A DNA stretch of 64,000 bases from Candidatus Poribacteria bacterium (GTDB taxonomy: Bacteria; Poribacteria; WGA-4E; WGA-3G). Positions 48,619-60,950 of the stretch are shown in pieces; position 1 is the stretch's first letter, and each line of letters opens with the position of its first letter. Below the pieces are notes generated by a model. It saw nothing but the letters and a program-made list of their open reading frames with translations, did no database searches and was not told the DNA's origin. Both the position numbers and the translations under genes were made by a program. Where the stretch lies: positions 2,208,001 through 2,272,000 of the forward strand of contig CAXXLX010000001.1 of the NCBI GenBank assembly GCA_963665235.2. The letters are read 5' to 3'.

Positions 48619-49077
48619 TTATGCTGCAATTATACCGCTTAGCAATAACACAGTGAAAAAAACAAAGAAGATAATTGGCACAAAAGTTTCTACAACGGTG
48701 AGCCGCCACCGCCAATAGGTTTTTCGCTCTGTTCCTTTCTCTAGCAAATCCCATTCACGTTTGAAAAAGGGGTAAGCGAGTTTTTCTTCCAATTCATGCA
48801 ACGCTTTAAATTTACCGGAATTCAATTGGCGGAAAGAACGGATGATGGTATACCATGCTAATGATAGAAGCATGCCAAGTATCCCAAAACCTATCATTAA
48901 CAAGTCGAGCGGAACACCGTTTTTGCTCTGTCCGAAAGCAGAAACAAGCACGGCTAAACCCGACAAAACCAGCATATAGAAACGGTTTGCGGTGCCCCGT
49001 TGCCTGCTGACACTGTCAGCAAGTTCCGCGTGAAGTTTGTAGATTTCTAGTAGTTCCTGTTTTTCGTCCATGTTCAT
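48619..49077 (-). CDS. Small multi-TM protein (RipA/SLATT-like putative pore effector)
   Basis: YKLHAELADSVSRQR..ANRFY, two TM helices, SFRQLNSGKF..LHELE..L...F..EW, third TM helix. Confidence 0.65.
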   Translation of the reverse strand: MNMDEKQELLEIYKLHAELADSVSRQRGTANRFYMLVLSGLAVLVSAFGQSKNGVPLDLLMIGFGILGMLLSLAWYTIIRSFRQLNSGKFKALHELEEKLAYPFFKREWDLLEKGTERKTYWRWRLTVVETFVPIIFFVFFTVLLLSGIIAA

Positions 49078-49220
49078 GCTAACTCCCGAATAGCTGCAAC
49101 GATGCTTTCAGTATTCCAACCTACGATCTTATCCGCTGCATTCTTTACTGTTGTAGATGTTCTTTGACTTCCCCAAGCTTTAATAGCAACAATCGGTTTG
49201 GCACTCAAAAATTCAGTCTG
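49074..49220 (-). pseudogene. 3' remnant of an MTH538/DUF1863 TIR-like (ThsB-type) gene
   Basis: QTEFLSAKPIVAIKAWGSQRTSTTVKNAADKIVGWNTESIVAAIRELA*; stop overlaps the next ATG (ATGA); 5' part missing. Confidence 0.7.
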
Positions 49221-49474
49221 TTAAAAACTTCCGTATCACAAATCCAAATACCTAATGGCATTATATAAAATTAAATTAAAAATGTCAAATTAAATTTTTC
49301 AGTTTTAAAAAGGAAACTTCCGGACTGCGATATTTTCGCTTTCTTGTTCCATCACGGTGACATAGGATTCCCTTGGCTAATGAAAAATTTAACCCGCGTG
49401 GCCATTACGTTCATTAAAACAATTGCACACACCTTTTGCATGAACCACTATTGTTCCATAAGTTATTTCTGACC

Positions 49475-51708
49475 TCATAATTTCCTCCACTGCAACCGCA
49501 AACTGTTCAGCACAACCGACACACTACTAAACGCCATCGCAAACGCCGCAAGCATCGGATGCAGCTTTTGCAACATCGATGGCAAAAACGAAAGCGGAAA
49601 CAACACCCCCGCAGCAACAGGTATCAATAGCACATTATAGAAAAATGCCCAAAATAGATTCTGTTTAATTGTCCGGAGTGTAGCACGACTTAACCGAAGG
49701 GCATCAGGAATAGCGCGAAGGTCACCGTGCATCAACGTCAAATCGGCAGTTTCCATAGCGATATCCGTGCCAGTGCCGAGTGCCATCCCGACATCCGCTT
49801 GAGCCAACGCAGGTGCATCGTTGATACCATCCCCCACCATAGCGACAAATCCATCTGTCTCTGTCTGTGCCTTTTTGACAGCAGCCGCTTTATCTTCAGG
49901 CAGAAGTTCCGCCCTGACATCGGTAATTCCGACAGTTTTTGCGATAGCCTCTGCTGTGCTGCGATTGTCCCCTGTCATCATTGACACTTCGCATCCGAGG
50001 TGCCGGAGTTCAGCGACAGCAGCTTTCGCCTCCGATTTCACCGTATCTGCAACAGCGAGAAGTCCGCTAACGTGCAAATCAATTGCAACCCATAACACCG
50101 TTTTCGCTTCACCTTGCAGCCTTTCAGCGTCAGTTTCCAACGCCTCGGTTAAAATTTGATGCTGTTTTATCAAGGATAGGTTGCCGATGATTACGTTGTG
50201 CTCACCGAGTTTGGCGGTGATACCGTTGCCAGCAACGGCAGTAAATTCCGTAGGCGTAGCGGTCTCAATGCCACGTTCAGAAGCTGCGAGAACGATTGCT
50301 TTTCCGATAGGGTGTTCACTGCCACGTTCCGCAGAAGCAGCAAGTTGAAGTAATCGATTTTCATCGCTATCCTTTACAATAATATCTGTGAGGGTCAGCT
50401 GCCCCTGTGTTAAAGTGCCAGTTTTATCCAGAACAATTTGAGAGACCTGACCGACATGTTCTAACGTTTCACTATTCCGAAAAAGGATGCCGCGATGTGC
50501 CCCAATACCTGTGCTGACCATAATTGCAGTCGGGGTGGCTAGCCCTAACGCACACGGACACGCAATAACTAAAACTGCTACCAAGCGGAGCATAGCGTCT
50601 GTGAACCCTTGTTCGGGAAGAAACCACCACACTATGAACGTCATAGCAGCAATACACAAGACGACAGGCACAAACACACTTGCAACCTTGTCGGCGGTGC
50701 GTTGAATGGGTGCCTTACTCTGCTGTGTCGCTTGGACTAACTGAATAAGCCGAGCGAGAGCAGTCTCTGAACCGACACCTGTCGCCTCAATTGTAAGCAT
50801 TCCGCTTTGGTTAATTGTTGCGCTCACAACGGTGTCGCCTCCTGTTTTGTCGACGGGCATACTTTCGCCAGTAAAGAGGCTTTCATCAACGGCACTTGTG
50901 CCTTCGCGCACGATACCATCCACCGGCATACTTTCACCCGGGCGGACGATGAGCATATCTCCAACGTTTACCTGTTCAATTGGGATATGCTGTTCTTCAC
51001 CTGCCTTGAGGAGACACGCTGTTTTGGGAGAGAGTTGCATCAGTTTTTTGAGAGCAGCACTTGTCTGTCCCTTTGCACGCGCCTCCAGAAGTTTACCAAG
51101 TTTAATCAGTGTGATGATAACAGCGGCTGTCTCAAAATAGACGTGGTTTCCAAGCCCCTGGTAATTTAGCAATAGGGCAACCATCACGACTACGCTATAG
51201 AGAAACGCGACAGATGACCCCATTGCAATCAGCACATCCATATTGGCAGAGCGATTCCGCAACGCCTTGGTGCTGCCGACGTAGTAATCCCACCCGACGT
51301 AAAACTGCACCGGCAGTGCCAAACATAGCATTAATCCATTGACCCAAGGAGCATGTGCCCACTCGCCTATTAGCTTCATGTCTCTGCCCATACTGAGCAG
51401 AAATAGCGGGAGTGTAAAAAGCAGCCCGACGCTGAATTGCAACCGCTGTCTTCGGAGTTCTTCGGCGCGGGCAGCGGCTTCCATATCCGCGTCGACAACG
51501 TCAAAGCGATGTGTACGAGGTATCGGATTCTGTCAACGATAACGGTTTCGCTGAGCATATCGGGATTGAAGGTAATTGCCGCCTGCTCGGTTGCGATGCT
51601 GACATCTGCTGTGAGAATGCCTTCCATCTCATTCAAATCGCGGGTGATAGTGGCAGCGCAGCCTTCGCAGTGCATCCCGGTGATGGGAAGAGTAATTTGA
51701 TGTTGCAT
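49475..51708 (-). pseudogene. copA: Copper-translocating P1B-type ATPase, frameshifted after the HMA domain
   Basis: GMHCEGC, YFET, TGES, CPCALG, DKTGT, SEHP and GDGINDAP motifs; removing 8 nt (51508-51515) restores [14 protein letters not shown]. Confidence 0.88.
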
Positions 51709-51722
51709 TTTTTCATCCGACT

Positions 51723-52691
51723 TTACGCCAAGTGGACAGGTTCGCCAGTTTCCAGAGATTGATTCGCTGCGATGGACAATATAGCGGTCTTTGCGGCATC
51801 AGGATACGGAGAACGGATTGCACTGCCATCTCCCGTGCGGACAGCCTCAACAAAGGTCCGATCCATGTCTATGGTGCATCTATTTTCGGGGTTCCACGTG
51901 GTTGTCCCTTCGGCTGTTGAAAGCACAAGGGCACGACGCAGATGGTATTCCAGCGAACCGTCTGCACAGAAGATGTCTAACCCCGAACGGCGAAGCCCTT
52001 TCGTCGTGAAACACGCCGAGAACATGATGCCGAATACACCGCTTTCAAATTGTAAAGACACAGCGGAGGCTTCCTCAATATCGTAATCGGTGTCCGGAAT
52101 GAGGTCGTAACGGGCGACAGCATAGACGGTTTTGACTTCACCGAAGAGATAGCGTGCCATGTCAAACTCGTGTGTGGTTTGTTCCATGAGTTGCCCGCCA
52201 GATTTCGCTTTCTCACGCCACCAACCGCCGGGCATGCCCCCCATCCAGTAGCCCATGAAGAATCCGACACGCCGGGACGCAAGAAGCTCCTGCGCCTTGT
52301 CAATAATATCGAGATAACGTTCCTGATACCCTGCGGCGGTGATGATACCTTTATCCTCAATTTCTGCAGCGATTTCTTTCGCTTCGTCAGCGTCCATGTG
52401 GACAGGTTTTTCGACGAACATCGGCAGCCCAGCGGCGACAACAGCCTTCTCCGGCGCACCGTGTGCAAAGGGCGGAATTGAGATATAAACGGCATCCAAT
52501 TCCTCTTTTGCAAGCATCTGGTTATAGTCCGCATAAGCCTTGCCGCCGTATTGCTCGACAGCACGTTCCGCTTTTTCTACTACAATATCACAAAAGGCGA
52601 TGAATTGATTACCGCCAATTTCGGTTAATTCACGTAGGTGGCGGTTCATATTGCCCCCTGTCCCAATAAAACCTAATCGTACGTTTGACAT
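51723..52691 (-). CDS. Gfo/Idh/MocA family oxidoreductase
   Basis: GFIGTGG, IPPFAH, VEKP and SGGQLMEQTTHEFD motifs. Confidence 0.9.
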   Translation of the reverse strand: MSNVRLGFIGTGGNMNRHLRELTEIGGNQFIAFCDIVVEKAERAVEQYGGKAYADYNQMLAKEELDAVYISIPPFAHGAPEKAVVAAGLPMFVEKPVHMDADEAKEIAAEIEDKGIITAAGYQERYLDIIDKAQELLASRRVGFFMGYWMGGMPGGWWREKAKSGGQLMEQTTHEFDMARYLFGEVKTVYAVARYDLIPDTDYDIEEASAVSLQFESGVFGIMFSACFTTKGLRRSGLDIFCADGSLEYHLRRALVLSTAEGTTTWNPENRCTIDMDRTFVEAVRTGDGSAIRSPYPDAAKTAILSIAANQSLETGEPVHLA

Positions 52692-52705
52692 AATTTCTCC
52701 TATTG

Positions 52706-52806
52706 TTGGCAATTAGCGATTAGCAATTAGCAAGATGTTGTGATTCTAATCAGGTTTTTGACACGCGTCAGCGACCTGTTGCCATTAGCCAATAGCCATT
52801 AGCCAA
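52706..52806 (-). repeat. Dispersed heptamer-armed element, copy 2
   Basis: Reverse complement of 33740-33846. Confidence 0.85.
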
Positions 52807-52807
52807 A

Positions 52808-53849
52808 TTACCATTCAAATACGGTGCCGAGCAGCCGCATCGGTTCATCGCGGAGCCACCGGTAAATCTGCGGTGCGTCTGCAACGTTCACCCGGTGTCG
52901 GATAAGCGGTGCAATTTTTATGGAACCTTGGCGTAGCAAACGGCAGAGATTCTCCAAATCATCCCGTGTAAAATGGCTGCAATGCAAAATGCTAATCTCC
53001 TTGAATTGCCCGACGTTAAAGGTATAGTTAACATCAAATCGTCCGGCGACTAAGAGCAAGCGTCCCCGAGTTTTGCATGCTTGTATCATCGGTGTGACCA
53101 TATCTGCGGCACCTGCGAAATCCATGACGACATCATAGGCTCCGTCAGCAATTTGTGCTTTCCATCCATCGCCGCTCGTATTGTAAACGTTTTCGGCTAC
53201 GTTAAGTTGACGCGCCTGTTCCAATCGGGATTCTTCAATATCACACACCGTGACGCGCGCGCCCATCGCGTAGGCAATCTGCGCGGCAAACATGCCGATA
53301 CATCCTTGACCGACAATAAGCACTTTTTCGCCTATACGGGGCTCAACCCGTCGGCAACAATGCATTGCTACGCCTGATATACCGAAAAGTGCAGCATCTG
53401 CTGGCGCGACATCCGGTGGCAATTTCAGAAGCAACCCGTTCTCCTGAATCGTGAACCGTTCCACATGGTCTACGCTGGCGTAGATAAGGTCGCCGACCTG
53501 AAGTTGGGTTACATCAGGTCCGGTTTCAATGACTCGGCCGACGTTTTGATATCCCCCGCCACGTTTCGTTGCTCTTTCCAATCGGTGACGACCGTTTTTT
53601 CGCGCCGTTTATCGGGCAATAGTGTAGTGACAATTGCTCTCACTTGAAACTCCTTGCAGAGAGGTTTTCATCAGCGGGTGCGTAATTTCCGCCGATAAGC
53701 TGGTTGCGTTCCGTGCCGTTAGTCAGTCCCGTGAAGACAGCTTCGCACATCACCTCGTTTCGTACGGGGGCGGCTGGCTCTTTCCAATCGGTGACGACCG
53801 TTTTTTCGCGCCGTTTATCGGGCAATAGTGTAGTGACAATTGCTCTCAC
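52808..53849 (-). pseudogene. Zinc-binding (MDR) dehydrogenase interrupted by a ~90-bp copy of its own 5' end
   Basis: GTE..., GYQNVGRV, GQGCIG; 53571-53662 duplicates 53777-53871. Confidence 0.75.
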
Positions 53850-54067
53850 AATTTTGAAACTCCTTGCAGAGATTTTGTGTATTAATTTACCGCAAACCGG
53901 TGGATTTGTCAAGTGAATTGAAAATACCTTATTGAAAAAAAGATTGACTTTTAGCTGAAAATGTGATAGACTTAAAGAATCCTATGTCAAGCAGGCTCGG
54001 CGTATTCTGTCGGTCCTTTTTTCTGTTTTTTGAAAGGATAATTCTGAAGTTGCCCAAACTTTTATCA

Positions 54068-57000
54068 ATGGAGAAAAAATTGAAATTTCAGCAAAATATA
54101 ATAAAAATCGGTTGCCTATTGATGTTTATTTTAGTCGGTAGTGTCAATGCGCAACAGAATCTGGCACAAGAGGCATACACGGTCTTTGAACAATCCTGCC
54201 TAATATGCCACGGCGAAAACGGTTCCTATAGAGAATCACTCATTATTGAACACACAGCACTTATTGATGACGCAAAAGTCATTCCCGGCAACCCCGACGG
54301 TTCCGTCCTATATCAACGACTCATTGAAACGGATGTTGCTAAACGGATGCCGCTTGCACAGCCTCCGCTTGCCCCTGAAACAATTGAAACGATTCGGCAA
54401 TGGATTGCAGCAGGCGCACCCGATTGGAGTGCCATTCCGACACCAAAACCCGGCTTCATTACAAACGGGACGATATTTGAGACGATTGAGAACCACGTCA
54501 ATTCTCTTTCATCGCGTGACAAATCGTTTGCACGCTATTTTACGATAACACATCTCTATAACGCAGGTGAAACAACGGAGGCACTCAACGCCTATCGGCG
54601 CGCCCTCTCAAAACTGATCAATAGCCTTTCATGGGGACGCGAAGTTGTCAATCCAAAGCCTATTGATGTGGAACGAACGATTTTCTATATTGATCTTCGA
54701 GATTATGAATGGGATGTGAGGAGCGATGCATGGACACAGATTGAACAGGCATATCCCTACAAAATAGCGTTTGATGCACCAACACAAACAGACCTCCTTG
54801 AAAAACTGACAACTTTACAGCAAGAGATGAGCTGTGAGGTGCCGTTTGTCCATGTAGATTGGTTTCTTGCGACCGCATCATTGCCCCCGCTTTACCACGA
54901 CATTCTCGCGCTACCCAAAACAGACCGTGAATTAGAGACAGAACTTAAGGTGTAGTGTCGCTGAAAACCTCCTAAATGCGCCAGGAAGACGCGTCTGGCG
55001 TGCGGGATTTAACGATTCCGTGTTTCAAGACACAATCGCGTTGTTGAACGTCACACCTCCAGTTATGGTGCATATTGGAAAAGTTATGACTTTGCAGGAA
55101 GCGCAGAGTCACAGAATATCTTTACACATCCGCTTGATTTCTCACACGACGGCGGCGAGATTATATTCAACCTACCGAACGGGTTGCAGGCATATTATCT
55201 TGTAGATGAAAATGGCAACCGCCTTGATGCAGCGCCGATAGGTATTGTTCGGAACCCCGCAGCAAGTGATCCGACCGTCCGTAATGGGTTATCCTGTATC
55301 GGCTGCCACACGGAAGGGATGAAGACGTTTGAAGACGAAGTACGTGCTGTTGTTGAACAAGCAGATAACCCGCCTTATGACAAAGTGAAGGCGTTAGAAC
55401 TCTATGTGCAAAAAACGGTGATGGACGCGCTTGTTGCAGAGGATACAGAACGTTTTCGGGTGGCATTGGAAAAAACAGGCGGGGTGTTTGGGGGTATTGA
55501 GCCGGTCCAACGATTCCATGAGACGTTTCAAGGGACTCTTAGTGCAGCGCACGCTGCAGCTGCTGTCGGCTTAGAAACTGGTGTATTCCTCCAAAAAATT
55601 AGTCAAAATGTGAGTCTACAAAACTTAGGGCTGCAAGTGCTAACGAGTGAAGGTGGAAACGTGAAACGGGATGCGTGGACATCTAACTTTGACGATATGA
55701 TTTCCGCGCTGAATTCTCCTGATAGTGTGATACCGCCAGTTGACCAGCGTCCGGAAGTTATCCCTGGTGCTTCTGTTCATTCCCGATGTAAACCTCCGAC
55801 GCCGCAATTGCGGACGCACTCGGTAAAGCTGCTGGTGATTGTTTACGGTTGAGGAGATGCCAACGTTGCCCCTAAGAGCAAGCAATAGGGACATTAAGGA
55901 TTTTAATGGATTGAGGCCGCTATAAATTGGAAGAGTTGCCATTTCAAAAAATCCGGTATCTGACATTTCGCCACTTTCAAAATTGACAAACCTTGTCGGG
56001 TTAGGTGCTTGGGAAACACCTATATCCGATCTCATCTCCGCTCTCAGGATTGAAAAAGCTGAGATGGTCAAGACTTTGGTCTCACCCTCAACAGATGGAA
56101 ATAAAAATTAATTGGAAACTTGGATTTGTCACCACTGGCAGGCATACGAAGCCTGGAAAAACTGAAATTTTACAAATGCGGTATAAAAGACATATCTGCA
56201 CTGGCGGGGTTAACAGAGTTAACAGACCTGCATATCCCTAACAATAAACTATCGGGGCACATCACCTCTTGCACCTCTTGCAGGGCTAACTCAACTTGGA
56301 ACATCTCGTAGCTGACCACGTTGAGTTCTCCGACTTATCTCCACTGGCAGAGTTAACTAAGTTGAAACACCTAAACCTTGGGAACAATTTCTTAATATCT
56401 GATTTGTCACCACTATCAGGTTTAACAAGCTTGACAAAACTTCATCTTGAGCACAATATGATCTCAGATGTATTGCCTTTAGCAGGGCTAATCAGCTTAG
56501 AAAAACTAATTTTACACAAAAATTTAATAACTAACATTTCCGATTTAGCAGGATTATCTGCATTCCCTCATTATATAAACTGGGTTAATAACCCGGGTGC
56601 ACCTATCGCGGGCCCAAAAATTGTAGGACCTTGGTTATGGATGCTAATCCCAGGAGAACGTCTTAACAGTAGCACAGATTTGTTGGCATCAACGAGTAGC
56701 GGCTCTGTCACAGATACTTCAGATCGCGATTTGCAACGAAGGACAAGCAGTTAATTCAAGTGGACGGGTTACAGAAGGCAATACGGTCGTTTTGCCAGAA
56801 ACAATATGAGAGAAATGTTACATGCTTTTGTTTGTCCGAAGAGACGGAAAGACAAAATAATGTTGTTTACGGTTCCGTAATTTTATACTCACCACGGGAA
56901 CAAGAAACAAGAATTCTTGTGGGAAGTGAAGGGCATCGCAAGATTTGGTTAAATGGAACATTGATACACGAGCTTTTAGGTGAACCTGCATGGGATTATG

Positions 57001-60000
57001 ACAGTAGTTACGATCAGTTTCTCCCTGTTACCCTGAAACAGGGAGCAAATGTTTTGTTAGTAGCAGTTGATAATGGATATTATATGACAGGACACTTCGC
57101 TTTTGAAGAAGGCACAGAATATACAGTGCTAAATGCTTCGGATATTACTATTCCGGACCCAAACCTCCGCGCCGCAATTGCAGAGACACTTGACAAAGAG
57201 GATGCTAACGCTCCGATTACGCTTCAAGAAATGGCAACTTTAACAATCTTAAGAGCAAGCAATAGAGACATTAAGGATTTAACAGGCATAGAGTTCGCTA
57301 TAAATCTGGAAGAGTTGTGGATTTCAAAAAATCCGGTGTCTGACATTTCGCCACTTTCAAAATTGACAAATCTTGTTGGGTTAGGTGCTTGGGAAACACC
57401 TATATCCGATCTCTCCCCACTTTCAGGATTGAAAAATCTGAGATGGTTAGATTTTGTGATCACCGAGATATCTGACTTAACCCCCTTGGCAGGTCTAACA
57501 AGTCTGAGAAAACTGACTTGTTATAATTCCGGAGACCTAGCAGACATATCACCGCTTGCAGGCTTAACGGGATTAACATTTCTATCAATCGGTGGGAACA
57601 GAGCAATATCGGATGCATCACCTATTGCGGGTTTAATAAATTTGGAACATCTGGACCTTCACAGCGATTCGATATCCGATTTATCACCGCTTGCAGGCTT
57701 AATCGAATTAAAACATCTAAACTTATTCAATAATAGATTGATATCCGATTTATCGCCACTGTCGGAATTAAAAGGTTTGACATATCTTGAACTTGACAGG
57801 AACAATATATCAGACGTATCTCCGTTGTCGGAATTAAAAGGTTTGACATATCTTGAACTTGACAGAAACAATATATCAGACGTATCTCCGTTGACAGGAC
57901 TAATCAATTTAGAATGGTTAAGTCTTCGCGAAAATTTAATATCGGATATTTCCATTTTGGAGGGATTATCTGTATTCCCTGATATTCTTTGGGTTGAAAA
58001 CCCTGGTTCCGCGACAGGTGGGCCGATAATAGAAGGTCCATGGTTGTGGTTAAAATTACCCGCAGAACATCTTAATAAGGATTGGTTGGCGGCAGCGAGC
58101 GATAGTGCTGTGACAGAAGAACAGATTGCTACATACGGTACAGCAGACGGGAAATCCGTTGGGAACAGCGTGTGGAAGTCTGCCAAAATTGACAGCGATT
58201 ACAATAACATCAATAGAATGCTGGACTCCCTTGGAGAGGATGAGAATCGAACCTACCATGTGATTTACGGTTCTATCGTCTTAGATTCACCACAAGAACA
58301 GAAAACAATGATGTTACAGGGAAATTTTCAGTTTTCAAAAATATGGCTCAACGGCGAGTTAGTTTATAAAGATCGATCAACAAAAAACGCCCGTGGACCC
58401 CGTAACCACGATTACGGAATATTTTTCCCTGTTACCTTGAAACAAGGTATAAACGTCTTATTAGTTGCAGTTCAACATAACCGTGAGTATTACCATGAGT
58501 GGAACGGCTTTTTCGGGTTTGAAGAAGGCACAGAGTATACAGTGCTAAATGCTTCCGATATTGTTATTCCGGATCCAAACCTCCGCGCCACAATTGCAGA
58601 AGCACTTGACAAAGAGGATGCTAACGCTCCGATTACGCTTCAAGACATGGCAACATTAACAATCCTAAGAGCAAGCAATAGGGACATTAAGGATTTAACA
58701 GGTATCGAGTTCGCTGTAAATCTGGAGGAGTTGTGGATTTCGGAGAATCCTATATCCGATCTCGCGCCACTTACGGGCTTGAAAAACCTTATCGGTTTAG
58801 GCGCATGGGATAATCCTAATATATCTGATTTATCGCCACTTGTCAAACTCCCCAAACTGAGATGGTTAGACTTTGGGCTCACACCGGTATCTGACCTATC
58901 TCCTTTGGCGGACATAAAAAGTCTGAGAAAATTGACATTTCAGAATGGGGGCATAAAAGACATTTCACAGTTGGCAGGGTTAACACAGTTGACTTTTCTT
59001 GACATTGCCTATAATTGGACGATACCAGATTTATCCCCTATTACAAAGTTAACAAACTTGGAGATATTTGTGGCGAATAGCAATGATATATCAGATATAA
59101 CGCCTCTGGCAGCATTGACAGATTTCCGACTTATAAAATTCACCGCTATCAGATTTGAAACATGTAGATCTTCACAATAACGCCATATCGGACGTATCTC
59201 CACTGGCAGAATTGGTAAATCTGGAAATAGTTAAACTTTATGGCAACTTAATATTAGATATTTCTCCGTTGGAAAGTTCCCCTATATTCCCTTATGTTTT
59301 TTGGCTTGAAAACCCAGGTTCTGCTAGGAGCGGACTGCAAATAGAGGGACCTTGGACGTGGCTAACGTTACCCGTTGAACATTTTGACGCAGATTGGTTA
59401 GCTGAAGCGAGTGGCGGCGCCGTGACAGAGCAGCAAGTCGCTAAATACGGTGCAAAAGATGGACAACACGTCGGAGCTAACGTGTGGAAATCTGCCAAAA
59501 TTGGCCGAAAGGCGTATGAATGTCCTTGAAATGCTCTCTCTTGTTGGAGATGAACACACAAGTAGATACCCCGGAAAACACCCCTTAATTTACAGTACTA
59601 TCGCCTTGAATTCACCCCGTGAACAGAAAACAAAAATACTTGAAGGGAGTGCAGGCAAGTCTGTAAAAATCTGGCTCAATGGGGACCTGGTACATAAAGC
59701 TGTTAGAACAACTAGTGGTGCACGGCTTTATGATCGATTTTCCCCTGTTACACTCAAAGAAGGCGTAAATGTCTTGTTAGTTGCAACTCTAAACTTGCCT
59801 GAAGAGCGTTATGGGTTAAGTTCTGTCGGGTTTGATGAAGGCGCAGAGTATACGTTAATTCCTCCCGGTGTCGGCTTCACATTTTCTGCAACGAAAACAA
59901 CAAACCTTCTTGCTGGCGATACATTCACCCTTAACCTCAACGCAGAAAACATAACCGATTTATCGGGTTGGCAAGCGAACGTTGCCTTTGACCCGAATAT

Positions 60001-60913
60001 GCTTGAAGCCGTTGAAGTTTCCGAAGGCGATTTTCTGAAGTCAGAAGGTGGGGACACCTTCTTCCAAGGTGGCACTATTAATAACACAGCAGGGAAAATT
60101 ACGAGGTTGTTCTCTGCGCGAATATCTGAAACTGGTATGAGCGGCACAGGTATACTGCTATCGGTAACATTCAAGGCAAAAGCAGGTGGTAAAACACAAG
60201 TGACACTGGAAAACTTTGAGTTTATCTCAATCGCCGATGAGGTTATTCCTACTGTTCCACCTAATATTACCATCACTTTGGGAGAATATCCGGCATGGGA
60301 TGTGAATCAGGATGGACGTGTGAGTATTCGGGACATTGTTCTTGTAGCGAAGGACTTGGGTTCAGGCACGCCAGCAAACTTACGTACAGATGTCAATCGG
60401 GATGGCGTTATCAATGTCCAAGACCTTATTCTTGTGGCACACCACATGGGTAATTCAGCCAATTCCGCTGCGTCTCCTTTACTTGCAATAGACAATAAGG
60501 AACTCATGCCAGCAATGGTCCAGGCATGGATAGAGCAGGCACAGGCTGAAAACGATGGTTCACTTGCATTTCAACAAGGGATAGAGAATCTCAAACGGTT
60601 ATTAGCATCGCTGCTTCCAGAAAAAACAGCACTGCTTGCAAACTATCCGAACCCGTTCAATCCTGAGACATGGCTCCCGTATCAGTTGTCTAAACCCGCG
60701 GATGTTACTTTGACAATTTGGACTGCAAATGGTGCAGTCGTCCGGAGGTTAGCATTAGGGCAGCAGGCAGCAGGGATATATCAAAGTCGGAGCCGTGCAG
60801 CATATTGGGATGGGAGAAATAGCGTAGGTGAATCGGTAGCGAGTGGAATCTATTTCTATACACTAATCGCAGGCGATTTCACAGGTACGCGTAGGATGCT
60901 CATCCTGAAATAG
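54068..60913 (+). pseudogene. Giant secreted protein: cytochrome c domain(s), three LRR/beta-sandwich modules, cohesin, dockerin, FlgD-Ig/T9SS-like tail; multiply frameshifted
   Basis: Consecutive ORFs 53963, 55184, 56120, 56296, 56760, 59155, 59450 continue one architecture: CLICH, CIGCH, IPDPNLRAAI caps, ISDLSPL repeats, GPW.W modules, WDVNQDG, NYPNPFNPETW. Confidence 0.8.
57760..57893 (+). repeat. 66-bp near-perfect tandem duplication (one LRR unit)
   Basis: SELKGLTYLELDRNNISDVSPL encoded twice with one nucleotide difference. Confidence 0.9.
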
Positions 60914-60950
60914 GAAATAGTCGTTTTATACCAATTTAAGGAGTACCACA

